32,000 nucleotides of DNA from Pseudomonas aeruginosa (GCF_001457615.1 NZ_LN831024.1:3090001-3122000); one strand, 5' to 3'. Shown: positions 17,720 through 27,356, numbered from the stretch's first letter. A program made the numbers and translations. The notes: generated by a model from the letters alone, not told the origin.

Positions 17720-17890
17720 TCATGCGGGACGACGGGCTTCGCCGGGGCCCGCTACGTCGGGATCGTCCGGGGCGAATTCCGGTTGCGCCTCGCTCGCCTG
17801 GTCGCGCTTGCCCCGCTCGGGACGTAGCGCCGGCGAGTCGGGGCTCAACGGGGTGTTTTCTGTCTCGGGTGTTTCGCGCTTGGCGGTCAT
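17720..17890 (-). CDS. Small hydrophilic hypothetical protein (56 aa)
   Basis: ORF MTAKRETPETENTPLSPDSPALRPERGKRDQASEAQPEFAPDDPDVAGPGEARRPA; charged and Pro-rich; upstream start possible to 17977. Confidence 0.45.
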   Translation of the reverse strand: MTAKRETPETENTPLSPDSPALRPERGKRDQASEAQPEFAPDDPDVAGPGEARRPA

Positions 17891-17973
17891 CTCGAGGCTC
17901 CTCTGCCGTGCCTCCACGCTAAGGTGCCGGGCGTGGAGGCCGGGGCTCGCCCGCCGACGTCGGGCATCCGCGC

Positions 17974-18858
17974 TCAAGGCGCTTTGTCGGCAGCCGCGCC
18001 AGCGCCCAGGTCCGCACCTGTCAGCGGATCGGCCATGGGGTCGGAGCGGGTGCGGTCTGCCATTCGCTGCAACACCTCCTGCTCAGTCTCGGACAGGTTC
18101 ACGCTGGCCGTGCCGTCGCCTCCATCCAGGGCCGGCTGTGGCGCCGCCACGTATTCCCAGCCATCACCCTCGTTCCAGGAACCGCGCGTGTCGCCCTCGC
18201 CGCGCGACATGTTCAGGTAACGCCGGACGAACTCCGGCATCCCTTGCAGCTTGCCTTGCGGGAAGTTCGGCTGGATCGAGTGCAGGGCCTTTTCGAAGGA
18301 AAGCTGGTGCGCCAGCTCGCGGGTCATGAGGAAGGTCAGCGCATCCTTGATGCCGGGATCGTCGGTGAGGTTGATCAGTCGTTCGTAAACGATCTTCGCA
18401 CGCGCCTCGGCGGCGATGTTGGAACGCAGGTCCGCGGTCGGCTCGCCGATGGTATCGATGTAGGCCGCGCTCCAGGGTACGCCACCGGAGTTCACCAGGG
18501 CGGGCCCGCCGCCGTAAAGCAGCGAGGTGATATGCGAGTCGTTGCCGCCTCCGGTCAACGAACGGTACAGCTCGGCCTCCTCCTCCACCGCTTCGGCCAG
18601 ACGCCCCTTGGCGCCCTTGTTGAGCATGCCGACGATCGAACCGATGATTTCCAGGTGGCTGAGTTCCTCGGTGGCGATGTCCATCAGCAGGTCCTTGCGA
18701 CCGGGATCGCACTCGCCGAGGCCCTGGGTGAAATAGCGCATGGCGGCGGCCAGCTCGCCCTGCGGCCCGCCGAACTGCTCCAGCAGCAGGTTGGCCAGGC
18801 CAGGATCGGGCGCGGCGACCCTGACGGTGTACTGCAGTCGCTTGTCATGTACGAACAT
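17974..18858 (-). CDS. katN: Non-heme manganese catalase
   Basis: 294 aa; MFVHDKRLQYTVRVAAPDPGLANLLLEQFGGPQGELAAAMRYFTQG; DIATEELSHLEIIG and RELAHQLSFEKAL metal ligand helices. Confidence 0.95.
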   Translation of the reverse strand: MFVHDKRLQYTVRVAAPDPGLANLLLEQFGGPQGELAAAMRYFTQGLGECDPGRKDLLMDIATEELSHLEIIGSIVGMLNKGAKGRLAEAVEEEAELYRSLTGGGNDSHITSLLYGGGPALVNSGGVPWSAAYIDTIGEPTADLRSNIAAEARAKIVYERLINLTDDPGIKDALTFLMTRELAHQLSFEKALHSIQPNFPQGKLQGMPEFVRRYLNMSRGEGDTRGSWNEGDGWEYVAAPQPALDGGDGTASVNLSETEQEVLQRMADRTRSDPMADPLTGADLGAGAAADKAP

Positions 18859-19111
18859 GGTTCGTTCCTCTGTGGGTTCGTGGACCTTCCCTCCGACGGA
18901 CATTCGAACAACGGCTATTCGAAGCGGCGCTTTCATCCTGCGCACGGAAGCTCGGAATCCCGCAGCGGGCGATGGTTCAGAACTTTTCCCCAACGCGTCT
19001 CGCCTGGCGCAACGGCGCCGCTGCGCTGACTGCTACCGGTCGGAAAAGAAACTGAACGCTGCGCCCGGCGGCCACCTCTGAGCAGACACATACACACCGA
19101 GGAGAACCGCG

Positions 19112-19621
19112 ATGACGAGCAAACAGGAAAACCTGCTGGACTGGCTGCGCGATGCCCACGCCATGGAGCAACAGGCCGAGCAGATGCTGAAAGCGCAAGC
19201 CGCGCGGCTGGAACACTATCCGCAACTGAAGACGCGGATCGAACAGCACATCGAGGAAACCCATGGCCAGCAGCGTCTGCTCGAGGAGTGTCTGAAGCGC
19301 CTGGACAGCAGTCCGTCGACGCTGAAGGACATCGGCGCCAAGCTGATGGCCTTCGGCCAGGCGGTGGCTGGCATGACAGTCAGCGACGAAGTGGTCAAGG
19401 GCGCCATGAGCGGCTATGTGTTCGAAAACATGGAGATCGCCGCCTACACCGTGCTGATCGCCGCCGCCCGCGAGGTCGGCGACGCCGAAACCCTTGCCGC
19501 GCTGGAACGCATCCTGCCCCAGGAACAAGCCATGGCGGACTGGTTGCGCGACCATCTGCCGGAACTCACCCAGGCCTTCCTTGCCCGCGACTCTCAGCCG
19601 GACACCGAGGCCAAGCGATGA
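19112..19621 (+). CDS. YciE/YciF-like ferritin-like domain protein (DUF892)
   Basis: LLDWLRDAHAMEQQAEQMLKAQAARLEHYPQLKTRIEQHIEETHGQQRLLEECLKRLD. Confidence 0.93.
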   Translation: MTSKQENLLDWLRDAHAMEQQAEQMLKAQAARLEHYPQLKTRIEQHIEETHGQQRLLEECLKRLDSSPSTLKDIGAKLMAFGQAVAGMTVSDEVVKGAMSGYVFENMEIAAYTVLIAAAREVGDAETLAALERILPQEQAMADWLRDHLPELTQAFLARDSQPDTEAKR

Positions 19622-19902
19622 ACCCAAGGGTGATCGGGGCGTGCTGCGGGCGATCGGACCCGCAGGCGCCCCTGCTCAAGACCCTGACTTTCGCCATACT
19701 GCACTTCAGCATCGCCTTCGGCGTGGCCTACACGCTGACCGGCTCGGTGCTGACCGGCGGCCTGATCGCGCTGATCGAACCCAGTTGCAACACCGTGGCG
19801 TTCTATTTCCACGAGCGTGTCTGGCAGCGCTTCGGCGCCCGGCCGCGCCGGGAGAGCGGACACGGCCACGGCAATCTGGTGCCGTCGGAACGCCGCGACT
19901 GA
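19618..19902 (+). CDS. DUF2061 small membrane protein
   Basis: LKTLTFAILHFSIAFGVAYTLTGSVLTGGLIALIEPSCNTVAFYFHERVW; ATGA overlap with the upstream gene. Confidence 0.85.
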   Translation: MNPRVIGACCGRSDPQAPLLKTLTFAILHFSIAFGVAYTLTGSVLTGGLIALIEPSCNTVAFYFHERVWQRFGARPRRESGHGHGNLVPSERRD

Positions 19903-20195
19903 GCCGGCGCGCTTCGAGGGCGACGAAAGCCGCCATCGGGCGCAGCAAGCCGGTGGTTCGAGGAGCGACGAGGGTCTCGCGTGTCCGTAGGCGCGTCTCC
20001 TTGGAAAGAAGATTTCCTGGCCTCACCCGCGTTTCGGCAATTCCGTCGAAATCGTCGGTTCGCGATGGAGAAAGCGAGGCCTTTGCCGTTTCGTTTCGCC
20101 TGCCTGGAAGAGGCGCCCGTCCATCGTTGCATGTTTCGCTCGCGGGTATCGTCGCGGCTAAGGTCAGAGTAACGATCCACCCTGGAGTATCAGCC

Positions 20196-20465
20196 ATGAC
20201 TACGCCCCGCATGATTGCCAACAGTTTCCGAAATTACCTGGCTGGCTACGACTGCCTGGTTTCCATCAGCGATACCCATGAAGTCACCTTGCAATTCAGC
20301 AGCCATGTCAATCCGCAAGAAAACATCACCATTCCAGGAGTCGCCCTCGATCTCCTGGCCAGTGACGAGGCGGTACGCCGGATGAGCGAAGTCCTTCACG
20401 ACGAGTTCGCCCTGCTCCTCGCCGGTGCCCGCCGTACGCCGCGGATCGGGCGCGCCTGTTCCTGA
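20196..20465 (+). CDS. Hypothetical protein (89 aa)
   Basis: MTTPRMIANSFRNYLAGYDCLVSISDTHEVTLQFSSHVNPQENITIPGVALDLLASDEAVRRMSEVLHDEFALLLAG...; upstream ctggag RBS-like sequence. Confidence 0.65.
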   Translation: MTTPRMIANSFRNYLAGYDCLVSISDTHEVTLQFSSHVNPQENITIPGVALDLLASDEAVRRMSEVLHDEFALLLAGARRTPRIGRACS

Positions 20466-20475
20466 CCGGCCCGGC

Positions 20476-20566
20476 TCAGTGATAGCCGGCATCGGCGCTC
20501 TTGCCGCGAAATACGTAGTAGCTGCAGGCGGTGTAGCCGAGGATGAAGGGAATGATGAACGGCGCG
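20476..20566 (-). pseudogene. C-terminal remnant of cytochrome bd-type ubiquinol oxidase subunit II (cydB/cioB-like)
   Basis: Minus strand reads APFIIPFILGYTACSYYVFRGKSADAGYH*, resembling a CydB-family C-terminus; no remainder of the gene present. Confidence 0.7.
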
Positions 20567-21700
20567 CTAGCCGGCCAAGGCCGGCTGGAGATTTTCCTCC
20601 AGCAGCTCCTCCACCAGCCGGTGCAGTGCCGGATGGCGCTCCTGGCCCGCTTCGCGCAACCTCCGGTAACGCCGCAACTGGCGGGCGGCGGAGGTCTCTT
20701 CGAGTAACCCGCAGGCATGCTGGTAGGCCCATTCGTTGCCCTGGCGGGCCTGCGGCCGGCACTGTCGCCAGGCCATTTCCAGCCAGTCCCCGGCACCTAC
20801 GCAGCGGCCATCGACGAGATAGCGGCCGGCGCAGCCGTAACGCAGCGCCTGCCAGTAGTTTTCCTCCAGGCAGGCGTCGCGCGCGACCGGCAACGCATGC
20901 GGGCCCGCGCCCAGCGCTTCGCCCACCAGCGCCCTGAACAGCCCGGCCAGGCTCAGCGCGTCGGCCAGGCGCGGGCAGGCGTCGCAGATACGCAGCTCCA
21001 GGGTCGGCACATGGGATGACGGCCGGATCATCCACCAGACCTGGCCATCCTCGCGGATGCAGCCGGTCTCGCGCAGCAGCGCCAGGTGGCGGCGATAGGC
21101 GTCCTCGTCGGGCAAGGCAGGAGGAATGTTCATCCTCGGCCACTCTCCGCAGAGTGCCCGTCGATAGCTCGCCAGGCCGCTGCGCCGGCCGCCGCGGAAC
21201 GGCGAGGATGCGCTCAACGCCAGCAGCAGCGGCAGCCACGGCAACACGCGCTGGAGCACAGCCATGCGGTCGTGGCTCGGCGGTATCTCCACATGCACGT
21301 GCAGGCCGCAGACCAGGCTGCGCCGGGCCACCCGCCCCTGGTCCTCGAACAGGCGGGCGAAGTGCGCCGCCGGGTTGCTTCGCGCCCGCCGCCAGTCGGC
21401 GAAGGGGTGGGTGCCGACGCAGAGCGAGCGCAGGCCGAATTCCATGGCCAGATGCGCCAGGCGTTGCCGGGCCTGACCGTGGAAGCGCGCGGCCTCGGCC
21501 AGGGTGGAGAACACCGGGCTGGCCACCTCGACCTGGCATTCGAACATCTCCTCGGCGAAATGCTCGCCGAGCGTGTCACGGCAGGCCGCGACGAATCCGG
21601 CGGGGGCGGAGCGGACGATGTCCAGGTCGGAGGCATCGAGCAGGAAGAATTCTTCCTCGATGCCGAAGCGAAGGCCGCTGGCGGCCAGGTCGTGGGTCAT
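20567..21700 (-). CDS. YbdK-type carboxylate-amine ligase (GCS2 superfamily)
   Basis: FGIEEEFFLLDASDLDIV, CGLHVHVEIP, SSHVPTLELRICDACP; 377 aa. Confidence 0.93.
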   Translation of the reverse strand: MTHDLAASGLRFGIEEEFFLLDASDLDIVRSAPAGFVAACRDTLGEHFAEEMFECQVEVASPVFSTLAEAARFHGQARQRLAHLAMEFGLRSLCVGTHPFADWRRARSNPAAHFARLFEDQGRVARRSLVCGLHVHVEIPPSHDRMAVLQRVLPWLPLLLALSASSPFRGGRRSGLASYRRALCGEWPRMNIPPALPDEDAYRRHLALLRETGCIREDGQVWWMIRPSSHVPTLELRICDACPRLADALSLAGLFRALVGEALGAGPHALPVARDACLEENYWQALRYGCAGRYLVDGRCVGAGDWLEMAWRQCRPQARQGNEWAYQHACGLLEETSAARQLRRYRRLREAGQERHPALHRLVEELLEENLQPALAG

Positions 21701-21885
21701 CGGCGCAGCTCCCGGGGATTGTCTCGGGAAGACGCCGGAGTGCCGTCGAGGTTCGTTTTTTCCGCCGTGAGGTTCCCCGGCGCGCCGCCGATCCTGCCAG
21801 TGAAACCTTTTTCCCCTGGTGTCACTCGCACCCATATGTGTGGTCGCCCCGGCCGCCCCCGCAAACCCACGACAAGGAACGCGAC

Positions 21886-23262
21886 ATGAGCCTGTCTTCG
21901 CCCCTCCCTGCCTCCAGTGCAAGCCCTTCGCCCAGGGTCCGCGACCTGTACCACGCCCTGCTCGACGAGCCCCGCGAGCACCTCGAAGCCGCCGGCGAGT
22001 TCCTCGACCAGCAATTGAGCCTGGCCGCCACCCATGACGACGACCTGCCGGAGGACCCCGCCGATTGGCCGGCCTGGCTCGACGCCGGGGCCCGGCGCAC
22101 CGCCGAGGCGCATGCCGAATACCTCCGGGCACGTCGGCGCGGCGAAGGGCGACGCTACTTCCAGGTTCCCTCCCAGGCGATGCACTTCATTCGCAGCGTG
22201 GCCCCGACCAAGCTGGTCGACGGCGCCTGGCTCTATGGGCTGTTGCCGCATCATGGCGAGGAACGCCTGCGGCCGCTGCTGGAGACCTTCCTCGAAGAAC
22301 TCGGCGACGGCGTCCCGGCACGCAACCACGTCCTGCTCTACCGGCGCCTGCTGGCCAGCATCGGCAGCGAGGAAGTCGAAGGCCTCAGCGACCTCCACTA
22401 CCTGCAGGGCACCCAGCAACTCGCCCTCGGCCACCTCGCCGCGGACTACCTGCCCGAAGTGATCGGCTACAACCTCGGCTACGAGCAACCGCCGCTGCAC
22501 CTGTTGATCACCACTCAGGAGCTGCGCGAGCTGGGCTTCGACCCCTACTACTTCCAGTTGCACGTGACCATCGACAACGCCGCCAGCGGGCATGCGCGCA
22601 AGGCCCTGCGCGCGCTCTACGACAACCTGCCGCAGCTTGGCGGGCGCGCGGCCTTCCTCGAACGGGTGAGGAACGGCTACCGCCTGAACGAGGTCGGCCT
22701 GAGCACTACGCAGGTAATCGACGGCTTCGATCTCGAGGAAGAATTGCTGGCCATGTTCGAGCGCAAGCGCCCCTACGCCGCCGGGATGCATTCGGATCGT
22801 TGCCGGATCGGCGGGCGCACGGTGAACCAGTGGCTGGCGGTGCCCGGGCGGTTCTCGGCGTTTCTCGCCTGCCTGGAGGAAGAGGGCTGGATCCGGCGTC
22901 ATGCCGATCCGCGCGGCAGCCGCTTCTGGAACCTGATCGAGGGCGACCGGGCGGCAATGTTCGGAGTCTTCACTCCCTACGAGCAGCAGTTGCTGTACGA
23001 CTGGATCGCTGGCGACTGGCAAGCACCCGCTCCGGCGGACAGGGACCCGCTTGCACCGCTGGCGGAGCCGGCGACGGCGGGCGGAGACGTGGACGCCGAG
23101 CAGGTCGCGCTGCGGCGCGAGCTGCTGCGGCTATCCTCCGAGCAGGGCGTGGCACGCCTTCTCGAACTGATGGCCCCGCACCTCCACCACGGGCCCGCCG
23201 GTCTCCTTGCCACGCGGATGTTCAGCCAGCGCTGGAGGGCCGCCCATGCCCAGCCTGCATGA
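21886..23262 (+). CDS. Iron-containing redox enzyme family protein (heme-oxygenase-like diiron fold)
   Basis: 458 aa; VEGLSDLHYLQGTQQLALGHLAADYLPEVIGYNLGYEQPPLHLLITTQELRELGFDPYYFQLHVTIDNAASGHARKAL. Confidence 0.75.
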   Translation: MSLSSPLPASSASPSPRVRDLYHALLDEPREHLEAAGEFLDQQLSLAATHDDDLPEDPADWPAWLDAGARRTAEAHAEYLRARRRGEGRRYFQVPSQAMHFIRSVAPTKLVDGAWLYGLLPHHGEERLRPLLETFLEELGDGVPARNHVLLYRRLLASIGSEEVEGLSDLHYLQGTQQLALGHLAADYLPEVIGYNLGYEQPPLHLLITTQELRELGFDPYYFQLHVTIDNAASGHARKALRALYDNLPQLGGRAAFLERVRNGYRLNEVGLSTTQVIDGFDLEEELLAMFERKRPYAAGMHSDRCRIGGRTVNQWLAVPGRFSAFLACLEEEGWIRRHADPRGSRFWNLIEGDRAAMFGVFTPYEQQLLYDWIAGDWQAPAPADRDPLAPLAEPATAGGDVDAEQVALRRELLRLSSEQGVARLLELMAPHLHHGPAGLLATRMFSQRWRAAHAQPA

Positions 23263-24196
23263 TCCGCGCCTGGACGTCCTGGTCAGCCTCGGCAACTGGT
23301 TGCGAGGCCAGGACTACCGTTTCGTCACCGTCACCCCGGCTACCCATGAGCGCGTCAACGCCCGCCCGGAAAACCGCATGGCCCGGGACCTGGCCGGCAT
23401 CTTCGGCTGGAGCCGGGCATTCGCCGGGGAAAGCCTGCCGGCCGACTGGCTGACCCTTCTTGCCGGCGCCGACCTGATCCGCCGCGAGGCGGACGGCTGG
23501 CGCAGCCAGGTGCGCGTCTCCAGCCTCGGCGAGCAACTGTTCGTCCATTCGGCCTTCCCTACCCTGGCCGCCGACGCGGTGTTCTTCGGCCCCGACACCT
23601 ACCGCTTCGACCGGCTGATCCGCAGCCACCTGGCATCGTCCGATCCGGCACGCATCCGCCGTGCGGCGGATATCGGCTGCGGCGCCGGCCCCGGCGCGAT
23701 CCGCATCGCCATGGCCTGCCCGGACGCCGAAGTACACGGGCTGGATATCAATCCGGCGGCGCTCGACCTGGCGCGGGTCAACGCGGCGCTGGCGGGGGTC
23801 GGTAACCTGACCCTGGCGCGTAGCGACCTGCTGAGCCAGGCGCCCGGTCGCTTCGACCTGATCGTGGCCAACCCGCCCTATCTCCTGGATGCCTCGGAGC
23901 GCGCCTACCGGCATGGTGGCGGGATGCTCGGCGCCGGGCTCTCGCTGGCAATCGTCGATGCCGCCCTCGAGCGCCTGGAAGCCGGCGGCAGCCTGCTGTT
24001 GTATACCGGGGTGGCGATGGTCGAAGGCGGCGATCCGTTCCTCGCCCGCATCCGCGAACGCCTGGCGTCTCGGGAGTGGGACTGGGACTACCAGGAACTG
24101 GACCCGGACGTGTTCGCCGAAGAGTTGGACAGCCCCGCCTACCGCGAAGCCGAGCGGATCGCCGTGGTCGGCCTGCGGGTCACTCGTCCCGCCTGA
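23246..24196 (+). CDS. Class I SAM-dependent methyltransferase (HemK/RsmC-like small domain)
   Basis: AADIGCGAGPGAIRIAMACPDAEVHGLDINPAAL...DLIVANPPYLLD; N/D-PPY motif; 17-bp overlap with the upstream gene. Confidence 0.92.
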   Translation: MPSLHDPRLDVLVSLGNWLRGQDYRFVTVTPATHERVNARPENRMARDLAGIFGWSRAFAGESLPADWLTLLAGADLIRREADGWRSQVRVSSLGEQLFVHSAFPTLAADAVFFGPDTYRFDRLIRSHLASSDPARIRRAADIGCGAGPGAIRIAMACPDAEVHGLDINPAALDLARVNAALAGVGNLTLARSDLLSQAPGRFDLIVANPPYLLDASERAYRHGGGMLGAGLSLAIVDAALERLEAGGSLLLYTGVAMVEGGDPFLARIRERLASREWDWDYQELDPDVFAEELDSPAYREAERIAVVGLRVTRPA

Positions 24197-24401
24197 GGCG
24201 CTCCAGGCCTTCCACCAGATCCTCGTTCAGGCGCTGCCAGCGCTCGGCCACCTCGGCCTCGGCCGGAATCACCGCGAGGACCTCGCCATCCACCCACTCC
24301 CAGGGCAGGCACAGGCGTTCCGCCTCGGCCCGGCTGGCGGCGCGCACGGTGCGGGCGAAACGCCGCCAGCCGCGCATGTGCTGGATTTCGTAGGTGGTCA
24401 T
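24180..24401 (-). CDS. Hypothetical protein (73 aa)
   Basis: MTTYEIQHMRGWRRFARTVRAASRAEAERLCLPWEWVDGEVLAVIPAEAEVAERWQRLNEDLVEGLERLRRDE; RBS-like gag upstream. Confidence 0.65.
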   Translation of the reverse strand: MTTYEIQHMRGWRRFARTVRAASRAEAERLCLPWEWVDGEVLAVIPAEAEVAERWQRLNEDLVEGLERLRRDE

Positions 24402-24562
24402 GGGCTCCTCCGGAAGACAGGGACGTTTGTCTTTCGGCGCTCCCCGCGTCTTCCGGTTCAAGGCCCTGGATGGGCGGTCGCGGACCGCCCGGCACGCCAC
24501 CTGAACCCCCTCGCGCCGGGCCGGTCCAGACTCCTGAACGCCACAGAAAAGAGGTGCCCGTC

Positions 24563-25171
24563 ATGACCCGCGAAATGGCTCGGCTACTGATCAGTCCCTC
24601 CAATGCCTGGCCTCGTCTGCGCCAGGACTACGACCATCACCCTTTCGCCTTCCTCGTTCCGCTGTTGCTATTGCCGCTGCTGCCGGCGGCCTGCCTGTTC
24701 ATCGGCACTACCCAGGTCGGCTGGTCGCTGCCGGGCAACGACAGCGTGCAACACCTCTCCAGCGGCAGCGCCCTGCTGCTGGCGACGATGTGTTACCTGG
24801 GCTTCGTCGCCGGCGTGGTGATCATGGGCTTATTCGTACGCTGGGTGCTGTTCCGCACGCCGTCGCGCCCCAGCGTACCGGGCAGCCTGACCTTCACCAC
24901 GGCGATCGCCGTGCCCTTGATGCTCGCCGGGATCGTCGCCCTGGTGCCCTGGCGGATCCTCCTGCTGCTGGCCGCGGCGGCTGCCTGCGCCTACTCGGTA
25001 CGCCTGCTGTTCACCGGCCTGCCGCTGTTCATGCGCATGCAGGAGCGGCAGACATTGTTCTACGCCTTCTGCATCCTCGGCGTCGGCTTCCTGACCCTGC
25101 TGACCACCGCCTTCATCTTCATCGAGTTCTGGGGGCAAAGCCTGGCCGGCAGCGGCGAGTACCTGCGCTGA
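24563..25171 (+). CDS. Yip1-domain-like integral membrane protein
   Basis: Multiple TMs; RLLISPSNAWPRLRQDYDHHPFAFLVPLLLLPLLPA. Confidence 0.8.
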   Translation: MTREMARLLISPSNAWPRLRQDYDHHPFAFLVPLLLLPLLPAACLFIGTTQVGWSLPGNDSVQHLSSGSALLLATMCYLGFVAGVVIMGLFVRWVLFRTPSRPSVPGSLTFTTAIAVPLMLAGIVALVPWRILLLLAAAAACAYSVRLLFTGLPLFMRMQERQTLFYAFCILGVGFLTLLTTAFIFIEFWGQSLAGSGEYLR

Positions 25172-25174
25172 GGC

Positions 25175-27127
25175 TCAGCCGGCCTTCAGCGTGCCGGTCA
25201 GGAACAGGTACAACTCTTCCTGGCCGAACGGCTTGGCCAGCTTGGGCAACTGTGCCGCCGCGCCTTCGATCTTTTCCGCGAAGCCGGTGGCCAGGGCCAT
25301 TTTCAGCGGCCGGCCCTGGGCCATGACCCGCTCCACCAACTGGCTGCCGTTCATCCGTGGCATCGCCTGGTCGGTCAGGAGGATGTCCAGCTCCGGCGTC
25401 GCCGTGAGAATCTCCAGGGCCAGGCTGCCGGAGTCGGCCTTGAGTACCGAGCAACCGAGGTCCTCCAGCATCGCCGCGGTGTTGTTCAACACCAGCGGAT
25501 CGTCGTCCACCACCAGTACTCGACAGGACAAGCGCACCCGCTCGCTTTCGCTGGGCGGCTGCGGCGTCGCGCCATTGCCCGTACGGGCGCTTTCCGGGGT
25601 TCGCGGGACGGCGGGTATCCAGATGTTCGCGGTGGTGCCGACGCCCGGCTGGCTCTCCAGGGTGAGCCGGCCGCCGAGCTGCTCGGCGAGGCCGTCGACG
25701 ATCGACAGGCCCAGCCCGGTGCCACGCCCAATTCCCTTGGTGGTGTAGAAGGGTTCCACCGCACGGCGCAGGGTTTCCTCGTCCATGCCGCTGCCGGTGT
25801 CGCTGATGCTCAGGCAGATATAGTTGCCCGGTGCGAGGCGATGGGGATTGTCCGCCGGCACCCGCTGGTTGCTCGCGGAAAAGACGATGCGCCCGCCGTT
25901 GGGCATGGCGTCGCGGGCGTTGGTGGCAAGGTTGATGATGGACAGTTCGAGCTGGTTGGCGTCGGTCAGGCCGAGGTCGAGATCCAGGGGAAAGCGCGTC
26001 TCGATCGATACGCTTGGTCCCAGGGAATGGATCAGCAGGTCGGTCATCCCGCGCAACAGGTCGGGGATCGCGCAGGGCTGTGGATCGAGACGTTGCTTGC
26101 GGGCGAAGGAAAGCATCCGCTGGGTCAGGTTGGCGCCGCGCTGGGCGGCCTCCAGGGCGTTCTGCAAGAGGTCGGCGGTGCGCTGGTCGCCGGGCAGGCG
26201 TTTCTTCAGCAGCCCGAGGCTGCCGATGATCACCGTCAGCAGGTTGTTGAAGTCGTGGGCCACGCCGCCGGTGAGGTGCCCCAGGGACTCCATCTTCTGG
26301 GCCTGGAACAGCTCCTGGCGGGCCCGTTCCAGTTCGCGTTCGGCTTCGATCCGGTGGGTGATGTCACGGGTTACCTTGGCGAAGCCGATCAGCCGGCCAT
26401 CGCTGTCGCGGATCGGATCGATCACCACGTTGGCCCAGAAGCGACTGCCGTCCTTGCGCACCCGCCAGCCTTCCTTCTCGAAACGCCCTTCGCGTTCGGC
26501 GGCGGCCAGGCCGCGGGCCGGCTCGCCGGCCTCGCGGTCTTCGGGGGTGTAGAAGCAGGAGAAGTGCCGGCCGATCACCTCTTCCGGCAGGTAGCCCTTG
26601 ATCCGCTGGGCGCCGAGGTTCCAGTTGGTGATCCGCCCGCGGTGGTCGAGCATGTAGATGGCGTAGTCGGTAACGCTCTGCACCAGCAGGCGGAACTGCT
26701 CCTGGCTGCGCCGCAGCGCCTCCTTGGCCGCGCGCCCTTCGCTGAGGTCGTGGATCAGCTGGGCGAAGCCGAGCAACTGGCCCTGGCTGTCGCGGATGGC
26801 GTCGATCACCACCTGCGCCCAGAAGCGCTTGCCGTTGCTGCGCACCCGCCAGCCCTCGGTCTCGAAGCGGCCCTCGGCATCCGCCTGGCGCAGCGCCTGT
26901 TGCGGAACGCCGGCGTCGCGGTCCTTGCGGGTATGAAAGCAGGCGTAGTCGCGGCCGAGGATCTCGCTCGCGTCGTGGCCGAACAGGCGCGCCGCGCCGG
27001 CGCTCCAGCTGGCGATACGGCCAGCGCTGTCCAGGGTGTGGATCGCGTAGTCGTCGACCGCTTCGTCGAGCAGGCGGTTGCGCGTGGCCTGGTTCAAGGG
27101 GACTTTCGGTTTTCTTGTGGTTTTCAT
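25175..27127 (-). CDS. Hybrid sensor histidine kinase (PAS-PAS-HisKA-HATPase-REC)
   Basis: Two PAS domains, GHLTGGVAHDFNNLLTVI (H-box), GTGLGLSIVDGLAEQLGG (ATPase), C-terminal receiver DILLTDQAMPRMNG. Confidence 0.95.
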   Translation of the reverse strand: MKTTRKPKVPLNQATRNRLLDEAVDDYAIHTLDSAGRIASWSAGAARLFGHDASEILGRDYACFHTRKDRDAGVPQQALRQADAEGRFETEGWRVRSNGKRFWAQVVIDAIRDSQGQLLGFAQLIHDLSEGRAAKEALRRSQEQFRLLVQSVTDYAIYMLDHRGRITNWNLGAQRIKGYLPEEVIGRHFSCFYTPEDREAGEPARGLAAAEREGRFEKEGWRVRKDGSRFWANVVIDPIRDSDGRLIGFAKVTRDITHRIEAERELERARQELFQAQKMESLGHLTGGVAHDFNNLLTVIIGSLGLLKKRLPGDQRTADLLQNALEAAQRGANLTQRMLSFARKQRLDPQPCAIPDLLRGMTDLLIHSLGPSVSIETRFPLDLDLGLTDANQLELSIINLATNARDAMPNGGRIVFSASNQRVPADNPHRLAPGNYICLSISDTGSGMDEETLRRAVEPFYTTKGIGRGTGLGLSIVDGLAEQLGGRLTLESQPGVGTTANIWIPAVPRTPESARTGNGATPQPPSESERVRLSCRVLVVDDDPLVLNNTAAMLEDLGCSVLKADSGSLALEILTATPELDILLTDQAMPRMNGSQLVERVMAQGRPLKMALATGFAEKIEGAAAQLPKLAKPFGQEELYLFLTGTLKAG

Positions 27128-27356
27128 GGACGTGTTCACTCGTCGGCTGCTCGACCCGGGCTGCAAGGCACACCCAGCAAGGTAGTACGAAGAACGGCTT
27201 CCGGCCGCTCGCTGGCTCGCCCCAGGAACTTGGCCGACCTTTCGGAAGACCCCGGCGCGGCCGGCGAATTCCATTCGCCGGAACCTTGTCCGGAGTATGG
27301 CTTTCGATATGCAGGTAGGGACATCTCCTTTCCACCGCACCGACCCCGGAGTTCCC

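Noticed and set aside
19903-20195. Roughly 290-bp gap considered as a hidden gene or mobile-element scar
   Set aside because: Several short ORFs cross it but none has a recognisable product or good RBS; no terminal inverted repeats or target duplications seen.
21016-23262. 748-aa ORF interpretation of the iron-enzyme gene
   Set aside because: The first 290 codons are low-complexity antisense of the YbdK-like gene; the real start is ATG at 21886 (MSLSSPLPASS...).
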